Source: Mustelus asterias
Lineage: Eukaryota
Assembly: GCF_964213995.1 (NCBI RefSeq)
Contig: NC_135804.1
Span: 59,582,001-59,646,000 of the forward strand
Reading direction: 5' to 3'
Length of the DNA stretch: 64,000 nucleotides
Positions 12,755-25,499 of the stretch are shown piece by piece. Positions within the stretch are counted from its first letter, which is position 1. Every line of letters starts with the position of its first letter. The notes below the pieces were generated by a model, which ran no database searches, had not been told where the DNA came from, and saw only the letters and a list, made by a program, of their open reading frames with translations. Both the position numbers and the translations under genes were made by a program.

Positions 12755-13483
12755 TATTGGACCCGAAGATCAAGGTATATTGTGAAGCCAACTAGGCTCC
12801 AACAGTTTTTCTATTTTAACGTAAATGCGAGGAAAGGATGCCTTGCCTGCAGAGCAATTCCAGTAACAAATTTGGGATTTAAAAAAAATCAAAACAGGCT
12901 GTATTCGCACCGCAGTTTAAGGATAACTCCAACAAAATGCAGCACTTAACCTGCAACTATTGAACACTCTTTCAACATGAAAAGAAACAAGTCTTAATTT
13001 CTAACTCATCACCATTTCAGTTCCAAGTTATCAGCAGTCATCCCATAGACTTGACCCCCAGTTTAACTGCAGTTAACAAACTCAGGCGCCCCTGCTTGAA
13101 ATTGTGGTAACAGTCATGAAGGATTCAAAGACTTTTCAGAGAGAGCAGCTTGTAGGCTACATTTAAACAGCCCCCTCCAGCCACTGAACAAAGAAGTATG
13201 TTTTTCTCTGCGAACCTCAGACTAGTTCCTCCAAATTCTAGTATCCCATGACCATTTGGGCTTTACATCTAACCTTCATTTACTTTAATCAAAAGCCTTC
13301 GGGTCCTCTCTAGTTATAAGCTTAAAGCAATTAGCTTCATACTATGTAAATGCTGGAGCGTTAAATTGATGCTTTTCAGCTTCTGTTGTATTCCCTTCAG
13401 ACATCCCGACAGCTTTGAGAAAAAACACAACTTTAAACACGCTACAGAAACATAAAATATATGAATGTTATGGTATCATCACA
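12755..13483 (-). mobile_element. Solo LTR related to the Gmr1-like element at 28-38 kb
   Basis: Shares aaggtatatt(g/t)tgaag near one end and gtatcatcaca at the other with the LTRs ending at 28528 and 38210. Confidence 0.6.
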
Positions 13484-14005
13484 ATACGGTTAGGATGAAT
13501 CTTAATTCAAGAGCCGAGAGCCAGTAGGGAACGTGGAGCGTGCCTGTAAACTGTCCAACCAGAGAAAGCAAGCTCTGTCATCTAACATTCATTTGCTCTC
13601 GGTTAACCTGTCTGCAACGTATTCATGTGTTTCACGAATACAAAACAGTGTCAGACAATTCCCAACTGGATAAGGATTGCTGTCATTAAATTGCATGAGT
13701 TCATTCTGGTTTGATACAAAATTAAATATATGTTAAGTAATCCAAGGCCTTCAGCATAACAATCGATAAAAGTATTTCTCCAACGTTCCCTAACATAATT
13801 TATTCAATTCAGGATCATTGGTGCTCCCCATCAAGTTTTAGAAGGTCAGATTCATGTCCCCGAACCAGCCTGACAAAACGCTCAATTTCTCGACGGTAGA
13901 ACCATGTGATCGAGATTAATTTTTATTTGCGACCAAGTGAAATAAATTCCGGCCAGAAACTGGCATAAACAAACAATGATGATCAGTTGTAATCCCCAAC
14001 CACAG

Positions 14006-14118
14006 GTCAGTCCTCTGTGGTGAACACTGTGACCTTGCTTCTCGCCGTCATCTTTACCTTATTCTACAGGGCGGCCATTTCTTGGTTCCGTGAGGAAGTT
14101 TTACTCAGATATGCACTT
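14006..14118 (+). other. Candidate exon encoding a hydrophobic helix
   Basis: cacag| ... |gtaagt; one frame reads QSSVVNTVTLLLAVIFTLFYRAAISWFREEVLLRYAL. Confidence 0.3.
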
Positions 14119-17100
14119 GTAAGTGAGAGACGGAGAAGAGAAACAACAATGTGCTCATTAGTTGAAAATGTAGCTGTCTGCTTTGTATGCTTCGGCAATC
14201 ACGTTGAACAGATTGAGAATCTCTTCATTTATCTTACGCTTCGACAAAGTTTTAAAAGCCGTTGCATTTTGAAGCAAACATAAAGCCTCCAGGCACGTCG
14301 TCTTGTTATTTTGACCGTTCAAAACAAACATTCAAATGTCAGACAGCTCTCAGAAGCACAAAATCACAGGGACTTGAAACAACAGTCGTACAGGATATAT
14401 AAATATGAATTTTCAATCACCTATCTGCCACCCGAATCAGTAGTCAGCGGCAGTTTTTATCGCACCATCATGCGTCGCCCACCCCACATCTGAAAGGAAA
14501 TAACGAAAGAAATGAAAGATAGAGAAACGGACAAGGCGAATAACGCGGAGCGTGGAGAATTCTGAAAGTGTGTCCTCATGTGTGAGGGTGAGAAATTGAG
14601 AGATGATATATACAAAAAAGAAACAAGAGAAGGAAAATAGAAAGAGCATCTGCGAAACAGATCGAGAGAAAAGTAACATCAAGGCAACAGTGAGATATAA
14701 CAGGATCATGCAATCCGATTTAACATATGCAATGCCACGGCTAAAATACAGCTTTCATAACGATGTAACACTACCTGGACCTGAAATAAATAGATACTGT
14801 CACAAAAGTAACGCTTAGACCGACTAACTTCCACCTTCTCCAGGAGATGGCACTGAACCGTTTCACTATAACCCGTGGTAATTACAGCATGTTTGGGGGA
14901 GGGAGCGGATAATAAGTCTATATTACGCAGCGACGTTTGAGTTGGCTTTGAGTTTGTTGAGTGAAGAGTGATCTGACACATGGTCGTATTGTTTTCATTC
15001 AATGGGGAGGTCAGTGGGAGAATGGTTTCATTTGAACTTCCAACTCGTGAGAAAGTTCGAAAATTTGCGGCGTTTTGAAACTGGATGCTCGATTATAAAA
15101 GTGCCATGCGTTGCTACCAATAACTAATGTTAATATTTCATCAGATGTACCAACTCATTTAGTTAAAGTATAAATCCTCTGCTTATAGACACGGTAGACT
15201 CTGAAAAATTTATAATGAAAGCAGGATATTGGAGATGCTGAGAGCCTAAAATTAAAATAGAAGATATTGGAAAACTAAGCTCGTCGGAACCCTCTGTGGG
15301 AGAAGAAACAAAGGTTACATTTTAGGTTTGCTGATTTCTTGATCACATCTTTGGATAATGCTACGGCATTTTAAAGCTTTCTTTCCAATGAGAATTAAGA
15401 CCGACGATATCTCAGGTGAAATTGTCAGACAATTAGAGTACGATGGGATACAATGCGCTTCAGCGCTCAGCGTGAATAATAGCGAAACCGCAGCACCGAC
15501 AACGAGGGTAGAACGATCCAGGCGGGAGGTGAGAAGCGTGATGGTAGCAGCACCGAGAGGAAGAGCACAGTGAGACAAGAGGGAGGAACAGTGGCTGCAG
15601 CAGCCCAGATGATGAGAGAAAACAAAAGTAAGAGAAGGATAAAAGAGTGACGACAGCGGCACCGAGATGTTAAGAAGAGCAGAACAACAGCAAGACCGAC
15701 GCGTTAAAAATAAAAGTGTGACGTCGCAGGAAAGTGAGTATCTGATCGGTGGGTAAGGAATTTTTTTCTCTCTGAGCTACCGCTTCCTTTCAAATTAGAA
15801 GCGAGGGAAAAATGAAAATCAGATGCGTTAAGTAAAGCAGTGAACTAATGAGAGCATAAACAGTGAACAAGTGGAAAAGCATTAATATAAACATATTGAG
15901 TCGATAGCTAAGGAGGGAATGAAATGCTTTCTAGATCAAGGATCAACATCTGAGACCTGTTGCTTGCAGTTCCTGCGCAATGTAGGAAATTTAGGATATT
16001 TCACATACATAACGGTCATCAGCAGGGAATAGTTTTTTTCCTGTATGGGACTTTCCAACATGCAGGTTTACGGGGTCTTGAGTCTTTGGTTGTGTGGTGC
16101 TCTCTAATAGGTACTTACGTTACATATTTACGGATTGCTGGAAATGCTAATGCCTTGCAGCAGCGCAGCATAAATCAAGGCAACAATGGGCAAGGAACTG
16201 ATCAAGAGGGGCATCAATAAATAGAAATGCAGGAAGGAACAGGAAGGGATTTTTTGTACCCATCAATTTGCGATATGAGGGGCGTCTTCTCTCTCTGGTA
16301 CTGCGGTAAAGGACTTCGTGAAGGGTGTGCAGGACAATCCACTAAGGGAGTGCCTGAAGTATCGTATATATTGCTACCAACGAAATAGAGAGGTCCCCTA
16401 TTGAGGGCTTACGTTTAAATGTTCAGGATCTATGGAGGAAAAATAGAACCTGAAATGTAATAATTCTGGTTTCCTCCTGGTGTGACATGTTAATAAGCGC
16501 AGAAATGAGAAGGCTTGAGGTGTTTTCCAAAGGTGCTGTGGTGGGGTGTGCTAATTCGCTTCAGATTTCAGAGTGCGCTCAATCCCTCATTCGTCTATAA
16601 TAGGCTACGACCTCTGGCCAATTGCTCTCCCAATACATAATAGCACGTAGCTACTCAGTGACCTCTTGGACACTGGCAGGAGTTGATTCTGGAAGCAACG
16701 GTTGGAAGTGGAAGGAGGGAGGGAGGGAGGGGCGCAGAATATCACTCGGAATCGCGTTTGAGGCCGGAGAGCTGCATGCCCCTTTCCTTGACCCAGCCTT
16801 TCAGAATATTACTCCTCCTACCCTGTAAGTATGGCCCATCTCCTGTATAATGCACGTACGTCTGGTTGCATTTTGCAGTGTAACCATCATTCTTATCAAT
16901 ATTGAGAACCGAATACCCATTGGAGATCGAGATTAATTCATGGGAAATCCACAATATCTGTTTTGTCGCTCTTCACTGCCCGCAGTCACCCTTTCTGCCT
17001 ACTCTTAAGCTTTAGTTGAGCACCTCCACAAAAATCTTCTGCATCGAGCTCTCAGCTTCACAGATGCATCGCAGTGAAATCAGCTGCTGCTGCTTCAAAT

Positions 17101-17459
17101 AGAAAGTATTTGAGTCCTCGAAATTGTTATCTAATTTCTGTATATTTTTCTTTTGATTCTGCAATAATTGTAAAAATATAACCCAGAAATAATTGATTTA
17201 CCGCAGTTATTTCCTTCATATTAATACAGCAGCACAATACTGATCATCGACACATCTGGCTGCACGGAAACTGCCAAGAAATGTTCCGATTAACAATCGA
17301 AGATAGCAACGTTTTCAAGGTACTTGCGATGTACGAATTGCTTGGCATAGCTGCTTTTATTTTATAAGTTTGCGAATTGTTTTCCAACCATTTTCTGTAA
17401 AATCATAGACGATACATTTTAAAGAGAATGCAAGCATCTCCACGTTTCAAAATTATCTT

Positions 17460-18100
17460 AGTTTCACTCGATGTTGCAACTGAAAATACATCTCTTGCCT
17501 CTGTTCAATGTCTCGATGCATTGGAACTAGATGGCTTGATAGCTCCTTGAAAATTACTTGCCAAGTATTCTCCAAAATACCATGGCACCGTGCATGACAG
17601 CTTTATATTGAGGAGCTCAGATGTCCCAGAGGAGGAGCCTAGGGTTCAGGGATGGCTTGTGGGGGGTCATAGGGTACCCTCTTTGGACGTGGCTGATGAC
17701 GCCTGTGCAGAGGCCAGAGACTGAAGCGGAGAGCTGATGTAATGGGGCCCACGTTGCCAGCCAGTAAATCATGGATTGGTGCATTGGGATCCGCAAAATG
17801 CGGTTCAGGTGAATTGACCGTACTGGTGGGGCCCTCCAGTAGAACCCCCTAACATTGTTGCGCCTTTTGCTGGTAAACTGTGTCCTGCAGAACCTGGCAC
17901 AGCACTATGGAGACATTTTGGATGAGGAGGAGGTCGAGGCGACCCTGCCCGGCGACGCAGGGAGGAGGTCGCCGAGGAGGACGGAGGCGATTACCTAGGA
18001 GGATGAGGGCGACGATCAACATCACCCAGGTTCTCGAGCGCTGGTGGCAGCAAGGGTCAGGCATGCGAGTGTGGCTCGGTAGGCCCTCGGGAACTTTTGG
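17460..18100 (+). mobile_element. PIF/Harbinger DDE transposase remnant
   Basis: FHS..QL, YHGTVHDSFILRSS, GYPLWTWLMTPVQRPETEAE, KMRFR.IDRTGGALQ motifs with stops and frameshifts. Confidence 0.85.
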
Positions 18101-18699
18101 GAACTAGGGGGATTCTGTTGGCGCAGTGGGTTCCAATCCTCCCGCTTTGCCGCCTCTCCAATCTCCTGCATCATTGTAACAATACAGTACTTAGCCTGGG
18201 TACACTTTTTATCGAAATCATGTGGCAGGCAGGAGGTGATGACGACGCACTATGCACTATTGTGATAATGCTCTGCTGCAATCTGGTCTGACTCCTACCT
18301 GAGCTCTGCATGCACGATGACATTGGGCCCTCATCTGGGTGGGGTAAGGGAGCACTACACATCGATGCAATGCCGAGACGGGCTGGGTGGGGTGGGGGGA
18401 GCGTCCCCCTTGTTCTGTGAATGCTATGGCAGGTGTTATAAGTCGCTGCCACTGCATGCCACCCTCTGTAGCCAGTGAATGATTTGAACATCTTGATTTT
18501 CACACGAGCAGTGCACTGAGGGCCTTCACCCATGGACATCAACTTGTGGGTGCGTCAAGTGAAGGTCGGGTAAGTACATCCCTGTTGGAGGTTAATCAGA
18601 GACAGATTACTCACAGCTGTGGGATGCAACAACATATATTAGTGCCCATAAAAGTGCCATCAAACTAACTGCTCATATATAACAAGTGCAAGTGAAACT

Positions 18700-20870
18700 T
18701 AATAGTGGTTAATTCTTCTACCTTACTGATGCACCCCTTCACCCATGCCATCTTTGTGCCATTTCAACTTCTTATCTTTATGTGGCCTGCCACTGCATCT
18801 CAGTGTCCCCCCACGATGTGCATCGAAGGCGGAGGTGGCCGGCTGTTTACCATGCCCCTGGCCTGTGATGCTGTTGGCGATCGTCCTCTGGAGTGCCTGG
18901 ACCTTGAGAGCCCCAGCCAGCTTCCAGGTGTCACGTACATATCCATGCCATTCTGTTCATCCCACTGCCCTTGAGACGCACTGATATCAGGTAGTGGGGA
19001 ATAGGAATGTGTAGTCACTGCTGCAGTCTTCTGGGTGGAAGGCCCCGACATGGAATCTAACCCTTCCTCCTCCCTCTGGGTTGCTGTGGGCCCTGGCTCA
19101 CTCCATGGGATGGCAGTGCTTCTGCAATGGGCTCCAGAAGATCCGGTGTCAAATGGCCCGGCCAGTCCTGGAGGACCAATTGCATTCTTGCCATGGTGGG
19201 CGTGCCCTGAGTGATGGCCCTCTGAGTCTGGGGCCATCTGCCAGAGACAAGCACCAAATGCCCGCTGACACGGGGCTACGCTCTTTAGCTCTTCAGCCAT
19301 GGTGGGTGGGCCACATTCTCAAGGGCTGCTTCATAGCGAACTGTGTTTCAGCATATCCCGCTGGGTCACCTGCATGCTCTCGAGCCTCTCAGCCATAGGA
19401 TGCAGAATCTCAGGAAGACTGTTAAGGCCCTCAACTATAGCCTGCTGTGAGTCAGTCATGGCCTGCTGTGACTCAGCCGTGGCCCGCTGTAACTCAGCCA
19501 TGGGCCTCTGGGCCTCCATAGTGGCCTGCTGTCAATAAGCCATCACTTCGACTCAGCCACTCATGCTGATGATTTCCTGGCGCATGTATTTCACCGTGGA
19601 TGACACCCTTGAAGTGATGGCCTGGGAACCACACAAGACTGGCAATAACTGATCCACCTGAAAGCTTTGGGACTCCCCCAACAGCCTCACAGTTGGTCTA
19701 GTGCTGCTGCCAGCCCTTCCTGCTTTCCTTAGCTCGGTTGCTGCATCTCCAGCTTCTAAGCGAGAAGTGATCACAGAAGCCAAGCATGTAGCATGGGGCC
19801 AGCAGTGTCTCGCCTCTGGCAGGTCCCGTGTGCCAGAGATCTCGGACTTTCCCTCCTCCACCCAACGTACATCAGCAGATGTAAGATGTCCACGACAGAG
19901 TGACCCAGATGCCTCACCATTAGCTTGACCCATCGATGTGAGAGTCTCTGGGATGGTGAACTGCGAGGTGAAAGCTGACGCGAAGCTGGAGTTGGCCTTG
20001 GTGGTCCCAGCATCGCTTCGGCTGAGGAGTCTTGCGAACTGTCTTGAGGAGAATGGGTGGAGCAGCGGAGGGCGGGGGGAGGGAGCGGGGGTGAAGGGCG
20101 GGGCGGGGGGCGAGAGGGGCAGATAGGACTGGTGGACCTGTGTCCCTTCATGCAACACTGCGTGCAAGGAAGGGACAGGGATCTGGACTGCATGCAATTC
20201 ACTTCAGATATCTCCAACGTGGAGGATGAGCAGGTGCTCACTTCTATGCTCCAGCCCAACCTGGCTGTTGCATTTGCTCCTCTCCAGTCAACTCCAGTGC
20301 CCACTCCTCAATTGCGGTGAGGACCTGGACATCAGGCACACCACCTCCTGTCTTTAACCTCCCACAGCGGTTTTGGGCGTTCTTCTCCTGTGGCGACAGA
20401 AGGAGCCCTGGAAATTCTGATGGCAGTAGTCCTGCATGGTGTCAAGCGGTAGACCTCAGAGGACAAGGGTGTGAGACCTTTGGGGAAGCTGGGGTTGGAG
20501 GGAGGAGCTAGCGGGTCAGGGGCTTGAAGAAAGCAGTGTGCCGGGGGTGGGGTAGATCTTCGGGTCACTGAGAGGAAAGATGCTCAGACATGTTTAACAC
20601 TCACTCTTACTGCCCAGTTTAGGTCATTCAGTTTCCTCTGGCACTGTTTTTCAGTTCTCCTTCCCAGTGCCCTCGTACTGCCACATGCTGCCACCGTCTT
20701 CCAGGCTGCATTGCCATCCGTTTCCCTGGGCAGCAATCTGCTGGGGGAGGGGGGGATGCGGTGGTAAGGGTGGGGGGCGAAAGGGTCTCCCTTCCAGCCT
20801 CGACCACATTAAGCAACCTGGCAAGAGGTGTATCAGACAAACGGGGGGTTGTCTTCCATGAGGCCATCTG
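18700..20870 (-). mobile_element. Harbinger Myb/SANT-like accessory gene remnant
   Basis: MASWKTTPRLSDTPLARLLNVVEAGRETL resembles the Myb/SANT N-terminus; coiled-coil heptad segment at 19331-19519; converges on the transposase. Confidence 0.7.
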
Positions 20871-22209
20871 CCTGCCTGTCTGTCGACCCTGCGGGCGTGT
20901 ATGGAGCTCTAATTTGTTAAGACAGATCAGCAGCAGTTTGGGCGAACCAGGCGCCCATGAGAGCATTCCAGCGAGTTGAATGCAATTTGCCTTGTTGTCA
21001 TGTCGGGGAAGCCAAGTCAGCACTTGCAGGTGTGCTGAAGGGGAGGGTGGGGCCGGGGGGGGGGGGGGCGGCGGGGAGGGAGTCGGAGGGGTGGGGGAGC
21101 AATGTGCCTCTGTGATGTTGGGGCAAGGAGAGAGAGAGATTTGTGTCACTGAGCGATCGGGAGCAGAGGTTGTTGAGGGGGCCATTTGCAAAGGGGCCCG
21201 GCCGAGGGTGTGGAGTGGCGTGGGCGGGTAAGTGGGTTGCAAATATTGGGTGGTCCTCAGTGACCGTTGGGGGGAGGCCCGCCTTATTCGGTCCCGGTGG
21301 GCCTATGTTTTGGATATCTTTCTGCAAATGTGCACTTTGTGGCTCCGATTTGAGCTGCAGGTTGGCTGGCGAGTTATGTCCCGCCAACTGCATCTCATAG
21401 AATCATAGAAGAATCATTGAAACCCTACAGTACAGAAAGAGGCCATTCGGCCCATCGAGTCTGCACCGTGGACATAAATCTAACCGTGCATCGTGGCTGG
21501 AAACGTTCTAGCCCATTTTTTCAATGTCTAACTCTTCAGACTGGGAGTAAAAACTCTCCCAAAAAACTGATCTGAAACTCTTCCATTTTCACACGAGGTG
21601 AACACTTAAAATGCTTCTTGTAAACTTCCGCCCATGGAGCTTTTTTTTGTTTGAAAGCTCTTACCGCAGGATATTGAATCTTGGGAACAGAATCGATGGG
21701 AACTTACAAAGTGGAATTGGATATATTGTTGAGAAGGAGAAAAAATCACGACTTTCGGAAAGAGTGCAAATGTAAGCCTAATTAACTTTCAATACGTTGG
21801 CACTGTCGCAAGAAGGTGCAGGTTTTTATTTCGTATTGCAAGTTGCAACGCTTTTGCTGGGCCAAATGGATCAATGCAGATGTGTGTGACAGAAACATTT
21901 CTGTAACTTTCTTTCAGTACTTGATGGAAAAATTCATTGAATTAAGCTGCACCCTTTTCTCATCACGTGTGCACTTTCACTATACGTTATACTGCAGTAA
22001 CAGGAAACATAAATTAACACACAGCTTTTACAGTATGAATCGCCAAAAAGGAGCACGAATTATTGATTTGTAAAATATATTTTTTCTCTTGCGTTCATTT
22101 ATTCTGATTCTTCGGTACAGCAACTGGAAGCGACCCGTAAGTGAGCTCGTCTCGTCCTTGTTGAGTCAGTAATCGATATCTAAAAATATTGTTCATAGGC
22201 AATTTGGGA

Positions 22210-22600
22210 GGTCCTGTAGGCTACTATCAAGCATCCATCAAAACGTCACATAAAAATCCATATCTACTTAAATCCTCATTGGTCTGGGTAACCTGGTTCA
22301 AATTTCACCAGGCTAATAGTAAAACTTGAATCCCATAAAATCTGGAATGAAATGTCTAACGACGATCATGAAACAATTCTCGATTATCACCAAACCCCAT
22401 GAGGTTCAGTAATGTGGAAGGGCATTTGCCAGCCTTACCTGCTCCGGGCTACATGTAACTCCAGATCGACAACAATGTGGCTGGCCCTCAAATATACTCT
22501 GAAATGGCCTGGCAAGCTGCTCAGTTCAAGGGCAATTAGGGAGGAAGAATGAATGCCGATCAGCCAGCGAAGCCAACATCCCATTAATAAATAAGAATAC
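22210..22600 (+). mobile_element. DeuSINE
   Basis: Homologous to 24680-25030; tail agggcaattaggg...ccagcgaagccaacatcc. Confidence 0.7.
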
Positions 22601-23734
22601 AACACTCCGACAAAATCTTCCAGAAAAGTATAAACGTTATTCTCGCATGATAGTTTATGTTACACTGGTGTTCTATGTTACTTTTTAATTTGTTACTCAG
22701 TCCCACCTGAGCGGAGAAGGCCGATCATCATTAAATTTATGTCTTGGAGCCTTTCTGGTTCTGCTGAGATCTAATGCAACAACATGTACGTTCTCAAACG
22801 TTGTTACGTGCAGGGTCAGAAAGAAAAGGCTTGTTTATGTTGGTGGTTCATAGTGTTCATAGGCATATACATTACTGACCAAACTTCGGATGGATTGACC
22901 TGAACGGGAGAACAACTGGGGAGGCAATAATTCACTCACAAAGCGTAGAGTTAGCCCACTCAATGACAATGGAGGGAGGTTATGCGTGGGGCAGCAGAAT
23001 GAGTATATTCGTAACACAATTAATGATATCAAAACCACCACATGATGGGAGGATATGAGAAATTGGGGAATTCATGTAAATATTTATCCATGGGCTGAGG
23101 TTATATCACATGTATTGGCCTTTGAAGCATCAGAAGATGGAGTGTAATTGATGGACATAACACCTGGTTGATCGCAGATGAGAAAACACCATCAAGTGCT
23201 ACGTCATTTGCCGGAATATTGCAATCGCTGCTTTACTTTGTGATCCCTGTGAGAAGAACTGATAAGAGCTGAAGTTGATTTTGGGAAAGACTGTATAACA
23301 GGCTTCCAGAGAATGGAATGTTGTTAAAAAATAAATTTAAACAGACGTTGCCTTAGAGACTCACCGTTTACATATTAAAAATTATAATTACCATGTAATT
23401 AATATCATTAGTCAATATTTTTAAAAAGTTGTATTAACACAATACTTGTCATAGTCACTCATTCCTGCTGTGTCAAACAGTACGACTTCGAACATAAGTG
23501 AGACTCTAAAAGGGACAACCTGTTCTCATGACATTGCCTCAAACTCTGCAGAGAGGGTTCGGCGGAGCTGCATAAGTTGCTCCTATGCTCCTCTTGCACG
23601 GTTGGAGGTAACTACAAATGCAAGTGAGTGATGTTCTGGCGAATCCCGCAACTTGTACATACTCCGCGATCCCCCACCCTCCTCTCCAAATCCTTCCCCT
23701 CCACAACCGCGAGGCGGTGCCGGAATGGAGTGAT

Positions 23735-23900
23735 ATGGGCGATGGGCGTATGGGCACACCATGTTACCCTCGAAGCCACACAGCATCCGGATTTGGAACA
23801 ATACCACTCGTGCTTCACTGTCACTGGGCCAAAAACCAAGAACTTTCTTTCTAACAGCATTGTGAGTATACTCTCATCAGTTGCACTGCACCCTTCAAGG
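23735..23900 (+). mobile_element. CR1/L2-group LINE 3' fragment
   Basis: Similar to the reverse complement of 1310-1400. Confidence 0.5.
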
Positions 23901-24117
23901 TCAACTTCTGAACAATTACAGATACACAACAAATGATACCCATGTGAGGACCCGATCCCATGAAAGCATGTAAAGAAATCTGGCGCTTACAAGGCGGCTG
24001 GCCCTCACTTGCAGTAGGCATGCTTTACACAGAAGCCATGCTTTACACAGAAGCCTTTCCAGTTGTCTATTTCTGATATTCCAGCAATCCTTGGATTGCC
24101 CTGTGTTATTTTTTCTC

Positions 24118-24285
24118 CATGATGGGGAGATGCCGGCGTTGGAGTGGGGTAAACACAGTAAGAAGTCTCACAACACCAGGTTAAAGGCCGACAGGTTTAT
24201 TTGGTAGCAAAAGCCACTAACTTTCGGAGCGCTCGCTGCTCCTTCGTCAGGTTGGACTTTAACCTGATGTTGTGAGACTTCTTAC
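24118..24285. mobile_element. Penelope-like element pLTR-derived foldback insertion with 12-bp TSD
   Basis: TSD ttattttttctc at 24106-24117 and 24286-24297; 36-nt inverted arms; minus-strand CUGACGA-GGAGC..GCUCC-GAAA hammerhead core. Confidence 0.75.
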
Positions 24286-24679
24286 TTATTTTTTCTCAGT
24301 ATTGCTTTATCTCACGGGAATTTCGTGTTCGCTTTTTACATGAGTGTCGAAATTTTAATTGAAGGGGTAGTCACTTTTAGACTATCCCAAAAGGTATCAT
24401 CGGGCGCCTCCGCAAATGTCAAGTCCCGATAAATGCAGACACATTGGCGAAACAAGTTTCGATCTCTTCTAGGAGGTACTAAGCCGTTAACATTGTTTAT
24501 GCGGCGCACAGACCATATGATTCCAGTCCCTAATATGTACTCATCGTTGATGTTGGTGAAGATATATTGACTTTTCTTTGTAATCTATCATCCGTGATCA
24601 TGCTTGATATCTTTGTTGTGGACGACAGACCCCTCCGCGATCTCCCACCCTCCTCTCCCAATCCTTCCCCTCCACAACC

Positions 24680-25030
24680 GGGAGGCGGTGCCGGAATAGT
24701 ATTTTCACTGGTCTAGTAATCCACAGACTCAGAGTAATACTCTGGGGACCAGGATTTAAATCCCACCGGAGTAGATTGCGATATCTGAATTCAATAAAAT
24801 CTGGAATTTAAAAATCAGTGATGACCAGGAAACTACAATTCACTGTCGTAAATACCGATCTGGTTCACTCATGTCTTTCAGTGCAAGGTATCTGTGGCCC
24901 ACCCCTTGTCTTGTCCACATGTGACTGCAGACCTTTACAAATATGGTTGACACTTAAATGGCCTCCGATGGGCAATAGATGCTGGCCCAGCCAGCGACCC
25001 CCACATCCTATGAATGAATAAAGAAAACAC
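24680..25030 (+). mobile_element. DeuSINE
   Basis: Head cactggtctagtaatcc, Deu domain ctggttcactcatgtc, tail ccccacatcctatgaatgaataaa. Confidence 0.75.
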
Positions 25031-25094
25031 GAACATGTCTGCATTTCGAATTTGTTCCAATCAGTAGACATCGTGCATTCCCTGCTTTAAAGTA

Positions 25095-25399
25095 AAAAAG
25101 CTTATTTATTAGTCACGAGTAGGCTTACGTTCACACTGCAATGAAGTTACTGGGAAAATACCCTCGCCGCCACATTCTGGCACCTGTTCGGATACACTGA
25201 GGGAGAATTTAGCATGGGCAATTCACCTAACCTGCACATCTTTAAACTGTGGGAGAAAACCGGAGCACCCGGAGGAAGCCCACGCAGACACGGGGAGAAT
25301 TTGCAAACTCCACACAGACAGTGAACTTAAGCCTGGAATCGAACCTGGGTGCCTGGCGCTGTGAGGTAGCAGTACTAATCACCGTGCCACCGTGCCGCC
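25095..25399 (-). mobile_element. HE1/V-SINE
   Basis: Same body and tail as 6119-6420, reverse orientation. Confidence 0.85.
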
Positions 25400-25499
25400 T
25401 GAGTTTTGTACATCAAGACCAACACTTTTTGCGATCTCAGCTTTGAACACAATTGTTAATCCACTGCTCTCTGTTCGTTCATTTGATAATACCTGCCAG

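Larger units (their letters stand above)
17460..21633. mobile_element. PIF/Harbinger element (left end missing; right TIR-like acttccgccc near 21633)
   Basis: Two convergent Harbinger genes, GC-rich interior, GGGCGGAA-type terminus; short CR1/HE1 tail inserted at ~21396-21467. Confidence 0.65.
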
